NCBI GenBank assembly: GCA_004524535.1
Contig: SDNY01000110.1
Span: 1-11,415, forward strand
Length of the DNA stretch: 11,415 nt
Reading direction: 5' to 3'
From: Promethearchaeota archaeon
Lineage (GTDB): Archaea > Asgardarchaeota > Lokiarchaeia > Sigyniarchaeales > SOKP01
The translations under genes and the position numbers were made by a program. Positions 6,597 to 11,415 of this stretch are shown one piece after another; position 1 is the first letter of the stretch; every line of letters begins with the position of its first letter. Below the pieces are notes generated by a model. The model was not told the DNA's origin and made no database searches. It saw only the letters and a program-made list of their open reading frames with translations.

Positions 6597-7967
6597 ATGA
6601 TGAATAAAAAAAAAAGATTAGAAGAAGAGTTTAAAATTATTTTGGAAATAATTGAAAAATATAAGGAGAAAATTGATCCTTTTATGGAGATTCCGTTAAA
6701 TGAATATAAAAGACGACAGAAAGCAGTATATAATGCTCTAAAGCAAAGTGGTCTTAGTGCTGGTATTGTTTTTTCAGATGAACACTATTGTGGAGATGTC
6801 CCTTATTTAGGGGGAAATACTAATATCTCAATAGAACAAGTAGCAGGAATTATCGGAAAAACCGGATTTCACATCATCGCTGGTTTAGAAGGAGGTTATA
6901 TTGCTGAACAGTTGGCATCACGAGCAGGAGCCGTGGTTCACAAAGCAGAATTATTACAATTAGCTGATGAGAAATATCCTATAGAGGCAGAGAAATTAGA
7001 GGATGTAATTGAAGCAGCTACAGAAGAAAAGATTTCAAATATTAAAAAAATCGGACTATTAACCCCAAGACAAGTAATTCCTGCTAATCTTGTCGAATAT
7101 CTTAATAAAATTTTCAGTTCTGATAATATTATTGACGCCCAAGAAATCTATTATAAGATTAAGTATGAAAAATCAGACATTGAGATGAAATTAATCGAAC
7201 AAGCTTGCTTAATAGCAGATGCTATGATGGAAGGGATGATACGGGTTTTAAAGCCGGGAATGTTAGAAACAGAGGTAGCTAGTTGGGCATATTTTATTGG
7301 AAAGCAATTAGGTTCGGAAGAGAATGGTTTTAAAGTGATGGTTGGTGCTAATTCTGCGAATCGAACATTAATAGGTGAAGCATTAAACCGAATTATTAAT
7401 AAAAATGACTATGTACACCTTGGGGTTGCACCAAAAAGAGATGGATTAAATTCATGTATAAGACGGTCTATTATAGCTGTTGAAAATCCTGAAAATTTAA
7501 CCGAAGAACAGAAATATTGGTTTAATTTTATCGAAGAAGCGTATAAAGTAGGATATAATAAATTTATAGAAGTTGCAGCTAAAAATTTACCTGCTAAGAT
7601 TCAAGAACAAGCTCTTGTTGACTTTTTCAGTTCAAAATCACAAGAAATAAATAAAAAATATGGAATAAACATTAAATTAGAAGATTTAAAACCCTATACA
7701 GGCACTCATAATTCAGGATATACTGAATGTCAAGAATTTTATGGCGCTATTACTTTAGACTCAGAACAACCCCTTGGAAATCAAATAGTAACTATGTTGG
7801 ATGTAGCTCTTAGAGGCATTGGTAATAAATTTGATGAAGTTGTTCTCCCAAATTTTGATTATATTGTTATTGAAAACACTTTAGGAAAGTATGGAAAAGA
7901 GGTTAAAACTTTAACAAAATTACCCCTTAACTGTCAACTTTTAGTTGGAAAAGATAAAAGGCGATAA
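6597..7967 (+). CDS. M24 (aminopeptidase P/creatinase fold) family hydrolase with non-canonical active site
   Basis: 456 aa. Creatinase_N-like start (IPLNEYKRRQ...DVPYLGG), linker KSDIEMKLI, KPGMLETEV, THNSG and IENT. Starts 1 nt after the PIG-L stop. Confidence 0.85.
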   Translation: MMNKKKRLEEEFKIILEIIEKYKEKIDPFMEIPLNEYKRRQKAVYNALKQSGLSAGIVFSDEHYCGDVPYLGGNTNISIEQVAGIIGKTGFHIIAGLEGGYIAEQLASRAGAVVHKAELLQLADEKYPIEAEKLEDVIEAATEEKISNIKKIGLLTPRQVIPANLVEYLNKIFSSDNIIDAQEIYYKIKYEKSDIEMKLIEQACLIADAMMEGMIRVLKPGMLETEVASWAYFIGKQLGSEENGFKVMVGANSANRTLIGEALNRIINKNDYVHLGVAPKRDGLNSCIRRSIIAVENPENLTEEQKYWFNFIEEAYKVGYNKFIEVAAKNLPAKIQEQALVDFFSSKSQEINKKYGINIKLEDLKPYTGTHNSGYTECQEFYGAITLDSEQPLGNQIVTMLDVALRGIGNKFDEVVLPNFDYIVIENTLGKYGKEVKTLTKLPLNCQLLVGKDKRR

Positions 7968-7984
7968 GAAAAGTATAGAATCTA

Positions 7985-8028
7985 AAAAAAATAACCAAAA
8001 ATAAAAATAATCTTAAAAAAAAATAAAA
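7985..8028 (-). terminator. U-rich terminator region for EF-1alpha
   Basis: Several A5-A9 runs on + (T runs on -) immediately downstream of the EF-1alpha stop. Confidence 0.5.
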
Positions 8029-8030
8029 TC

Positions 8031-9329
8031 TTATGCTCCTGTATCGATTTCCTTGACGATCCCTACACAAACTGTGCGTCCCATGTCGCGTACCGCGAAT
8101 CGGCCCATCTCAGGAATTTCTGTATATTTCTCAATACAGAGTTTCTTTATTGGAGCTAATTCTACGATTGCAGCTTCATTTCTCTTAAGAAATTTAGGAT
8201 TGTCTTCGATTACTGCTCCTGTTTTTTGATCTAATTTTTTCATGAGACTGGTAAATTTTGCGGCGACTTGAGCTGTGTGTGCGTGAACCACAGGAGTATA
8301 CCCTTGAGCGATAGCGGTTGGATGCCAAATGACAATAATTTGTCCCGTCCATTTTCCCTTTGGAGTTATGACTGTTGGGGGATTATCAGGATGACCTAAA
8401 CAATCACCTCTTCCAGCATCTTGCATGCTAATTCCTCTAATACTAAATCCAATATTATCTCCAGGCTCAGCTTGAGGTATTTCTTCGTGATGCATTTCAA
8501 TAGATCTTATTTCTCCTTTAAAACCAGTTGGCATAATTATAATTTTATCTCCTTTTTTTAAGACACCCGTTTCTACTCTACCAACTGGAACAACTCCTGT
8601 ACCTTTAATCGAATAACAATCTTGTATTGGAAGCCTCAATGGTTTGTCTGTTGGCTTTTTAGGGATTTCAAATGTATCAATTGCTTCAATTAAGGTTGGT
8701 CCTTTATACCAAGGCATTTTATCGCTAGCTTTTGCTAGATTCTCCATCGCCATACCACTAGTTGGGATAAAAGGAATTTTTTTCACAGGAAATCCAATAT
8801 TTCTAAGAAGGTCAGACACATTTTCTACACATTCGTTAAATCTGTCTTCATTATATTCCCAAACATCAGCTTTATTTATGGCTACAACTAATTGCTTAAC
8901 ACCAAGAGTTTGCGCAAGGTAAGCATGTTCTCTTGTTTGTCCATTTGCTGCAATACCTACTTCCATTTCTCCTTTTTTACCAGAAACGACCAAAATTGCT
9001 GCATCCGCTTGAGATGCTCCGGTAATCATGTTCTTGACAAAATCAGCGTGTCCGGGAGCATCAATGATTGTAAAGTAGCGATTTGGAGTCTCAAATTTTC
9101 TAAATGCAAGATCGATTGTAATCCCTCTCTGACGTTCTTCCTTCAATCTGTCGAAAACAAAAGCGTAGGACCATGATTCTCGATCGTATTCTTTTGCAAG
9201 TTTTTCAAGCTCTCTTGCTTCTCTATCTGATACTGAGCCTGTTTCTATAAGTAGGGCTCCCATCATTGTCGATTTGCCGTGATCTATATGACCTATGATT
9301 ACGAGATTTAAATGTTGCTTGTCAACCAT
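8031..9329 (-). CDS. tuf: Translation elongation factor EF-1 alpha (aEF1A)
   Basis: 432 aa with GHIDHGKST, RGITID, DAPGH, KNMITGASQAD, GQTREH, NKAD, PLRLPIQD, VPVGRVETG, PGDNIGF and GRFAVRDM. Confidence 0.98.
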   Translation of the reverse strand: MVDKQHLNLVIIGHIDHGKSTMMGALLIETGSVSDREARELEKLAKEYDRESWSYAFVFDRLKEERQRGITIDLAFRKFETPNRYFTIIDAPGHADFVKNMITGASQADAAILVVSGKKGEMEVGIAANGQTREHAYLAQTLGVKQLVVAINKADVWEYNEDRFNECVENVSDLLRNIGFPVKKIPFIPTSGMAMENLAKASDKMPWYKGPTLIEAIDTFEIPKKPTDKPLRLPIQDCYSIKGTGVVPVGRVETGVLKKGDKIIIMPTGFKGEIRSIEMHHEEIPQAEPGDNIGFSIRGISMQDAGRGDCLGHPDNPPTVITPKGKWTGQIIVIWHPTAIAQGYTPVVHAHTAQVAAKFTSLMKKLDQKTGAVIEDNPKFLKRNEAAIVELAPIKKLCIEKYTEIPEMGRFAVRDMGRTVCVGIVKEIDTGA

Positions 9330-9353
9330 ATTTCAATCAATTTCCATATTTAA

Positions 9354-9363
9354 TTTATATATA
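9354..9363 (-). promoter_or_regulatory. Candidate TATA box for EF-1alpha (leaderless or short-leader spacing)
   Basis: TATATATAAA on the minus strand 25-34 nt upstream of ATG 9329; no SD motif before the ATG. Confidence 0.35.
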
Positions 9364-9703
9364 CAATTAATATACTTAATTTTTAATTGTCAATAATAAT
9401 AATATTAATTATTATTTGATAATGAATTTTAATGATAAGGAATTTATATTCTTTTCTATATTGAAAAGATAAAGGATTCTCTAGGGAAATAAATGGGATC
9501 TTTATATAATAAGTCATGAAATTTTCTTTTTAAGTAAATACTTTCCTTTAAGAGCCTCAAAGAATTTTCAATTATTATTATAATATTTAAAAAATTCATT
9601 AGAATTAACATTTAGATTAATAAATATAAAAAAACATAGAATGTTAATTTAAATTAAGGAATATACAAAATTTAAGTAATTAATCTATCCTGAATTAAAA
9701 GCA

Positions 9704-10522
9704 ATGGTTCGTTCAAGAGAAAAATTTCCAAAGGAAGGAGAATTCATAGTCGGAAAAGTGACTGATATTCACGATCAACATGTTTATGTAGACTTAATAG
9801 ATTACGAGGGTTTAGATACGGAGGACGTAGCAAGAGGGATGATTCATGTTAGTGAAATATCAAGCCGATGGGTAAAAAATATACGAACTCATGTAAGAAT
9901 TGGTCAAAGAATTGTGTTAAGAGTTCTGCATGTGAATCCTACAAAGGGACATATTGATTTATCATTAAGAAGAGTTAATTCAGCTCAAAGAGAAGTTCGA
10001 ATGAAGGAATGGAAATATGCTTTAAAATACGAAAATTTATTGCAATTTCTTGTAGATGCTACGGATATTTCTCTTGATGATGCGTACGAACTAATTGGAT
10101 TTCCAATCTTAGAATTATTTGATTCTTATCAAGAAACTATTGAAGAACTTAAAGAAAATGGCGAAGCCATCTTAAAGGATATAAAAAATGTTTCCGAAGA
10201 GGTGAAAAAAGCTTTTATGCAGGTGATTGACGAGAATGTAGAAATATCGACTATTAACATAATAGGAAAAATTCGAATTTCTTATACTGCTGAAAATGGG
10301 ATAGATTTAATAAAAGAATCATTAATCGACGCAAAAAATGTCATAAAAAATCCTAAAGAGACCAGAAAATTAAGCATTAGTTATATCGCAGCTCCGCTTT
10401 ACCGTCTCGAAATCGTCTCGAAGGATTATTTAGATGCTGAAAATATACTTTCTGAGGTTTTAGAGGTTATTGAAGCTAAAGCGAATAAATATGAAGGTAC
10501 GTTCGAATTTATTCGAGATTAA
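9704..10522 (+). CDS. eif2a: Translation initiation factor 2 alpha subunit (aIF2alpha)
   Basis: 272 aa with FPKEGEFIVGKV S1 domain, IHVSEISSRWVKNIR, KGHIDLSLRRV, YIAAPLYRL. Followed by nop10. Confidence 0.97.
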   Translation: MVRSREKFPKEGEFIVGKVTDIHDQHVYVDLIDYEGLDTEDVARGMIHVSEISSRWVKNIRTHVRIGQRIVLRVLHVNPTKGHIDLSLRRVNSAQREVRMKEWKYALKYENLLQFLVDATDISLDDAYELIGFPILELFDSYQETIEELKENGEAILKDIKNVSEEVKKAFMQVIDENVEISTINIIGKIRISYTAENGIDLIKESLIDAKNVIKNPKETRKLSISYIAAPLYRLEIVSKDYLDAENILSEVLEVIEAKANKYEGTFEFIRD

Positions 10523-10556
10523 ATTAATTATAATAATCTTATTTTAATTTAGAAGC

Positions 10557-10745
10557 ATGACAAAATATCTTCAAAAATGTAAAAAGTGTGGTCGATACGG
10601 ATTAGCTAATCCAGAATTAAAGTGTCGCTATTGCGGTGGTCAATTGATAAATCCAAAGCCACCAAAATTTTCATTAATAGATAAGTATGGAAAATACCGG
10701 TTAAAATATTTTAAAGAAGAATTTGAGGAAAAATTTAATAAATAA
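10557..10745 (+). CDS. nop10: H/ACA RNP protein Nop10
   Basis: 62 aa with CKKC...CRYCGG Zn ribbon and PPKFSLIDKYGKYR; conserved position after aIF2alpha. Confidence 0.95.
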   Translation: MTKYLQKCKKCGRYGLANPELKCRYCGGQLINPKPPKFSLIDKYGKYRLKYFKEEFEEKFNK

Positions 10746-10758
10746 TTTGTGGTAAGTG

Positions 10759-11415
10759 TTAAGTGTTAAGTTCGATTTTTTCTGCAAATTTCTCGTTAAG
10801 GAGTATTTTTGCGTTTTTAGAAGGCATGCACGCAATTTCATCTTCTTTAAATGGTCCATAATTGATAAGATCAATACCAACTAAAGGAGGGGTTTCTTTT
10901 AAAAATCTGATTATAACATAATCGAACTCATCACCCTTGGATTTGAAAGGTTTTTTAAGATCTTCAACTCTACTTTCTTCGTAAGACTCTTCCACTTTAC
11001 CAATTTCTGGGCTTCCATTTTCCTTCAATTCAAAGGTTTTTTTAATTTCTTCATCTTTAACTCCTTCATAAAGCGCCATAGCTTTTACTTTTTCAAATCC
11101 TTTGATATCGCTAACTAGGTTTCGATAAAATAGTTTTTCAGCCTCCAGAAGATTATCTAAATTAATTTCTTGTAATGCTAAGGCAAAATTTAAAATTTTA
11201 ATTTCGCGTATCTTTAAAAAGTCATTAAATAGAAATTCAAAATTTTCTTTATAAGAATCTAATATCTTGGATTTTATTTTATTATTTTCTACTTCATTTA
11301 ATTTTGTATTATTAAGAATTTGAAGAGTTTGTTTAAATTCTTTAAACAGTTCTTTAGTTAAATGAGTCAAATCTTTATTATTAAATTCATTAAGCCAATA
11401 TTGATATAACTTCTC
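10759..11415 (-). CDS. GINS complex subunit, Gins51/Gins15 (Psf1/Sld5-like A-B domain order); 5'-truncated by the window edge
   Basis: C-terminal B domain IRFLKETPPLVGIDLINYGPFKEDEIACMPSKNAKILL. The frame stays open past the called TTG (11370) to the window end, reading EKLYQYWLNEFNNKDLTHL, which resembles the family N-terminal helix. Confidence 0.88.
   Translation of the reverse strand, partial: EKLYQYWLNEFNNKDLTHLTKELFKEFKQTLQILNNTKLNEVENNKIKSKILDSYKENFEFLFNDFLKIREIKILNFALALQEINLDNLLEAEKLFYRNLVSDIKGFEKVKAMALYEGVKDEEIKKTFELKENGSPEIGKVEESYEESRVEDLKKPFKSKGDEFDYVIIRFLKETPPLVGIDLINYGPFKEDEIACMPSKNAKILLNEKFAEKIELNT

Noticed and set aside
8644-9176. Two plus-strand ORFs (92 and 94 aa)
   Set aside because: Antisense shadows within EF-1alpha.
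9450-9469. Inverted repeat TCTTTTC-N6-GAAAAGA in the EF1A/aIF2alpha intergenic region
   Set aside because: 7-bp AT-rich arms with no second copy found.
9330-9703. Possible tRNA, C/D or H/ACA RNA, or rpl44e/rps27e remnant
   Set aside because: No GC-rich stems, box motifs or CxxC-encoding ORF seen.
10753-10771. 7-bp tandem repeat (TAAGTGT x ~2.7) spanning the GINS stop
   Set aside because: Too short; at most a slippage or rearrangement scar, and not a CRISPR or functional array.

Overview
Very AT-rich (about 30% GC by eye), gene-dense archaeal chromosome segment, most likely from an Asgard archaeon (Lokiarchaeia-like). That assignment is inferred from an Arf-related small GTPase, an EF-1alpha with the 11-aa TACK/Asgard/eukaryote insertion, and the low GC. 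Gene order: eno(+), METTL5-type m6A methyltransferase(-), csl4(+), 73-aa DUF2067-like ORF(+), rpoL/rpo11(+), RNase III-like(+), DUF99(+), small GTPase(-), possible small membrane ORF(-), PIG-L deacetylase(+), divergent M24-fold hydrolase(+), EF-1alpha(-), aIF2alpha(+), nop10(+), and GINS (Gins51/15-type)(-) running off the right edge. The flanks look like rearranged pieces of conserved archaeal information-processing clusters, interrupted by an accessory block. Best candidates for novelty: (1) a tightly coupled PIG-L + M24-fold pair whose M24 metal site is rebuilt, suggesting an uncharacterised two-step amide-hydrolysis pathway; (2) a full-length METTL5 frame with no ATG/GTG/TTG at its conserved N-terminus, pointing to an ATT start; (3) Rpo11 with a roughly 75-aa acidic N-terminal extension. 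No RNA genes, CRISPR arrays or mobile elements were seen. All family calls come from motif recognition; no database searches were run.
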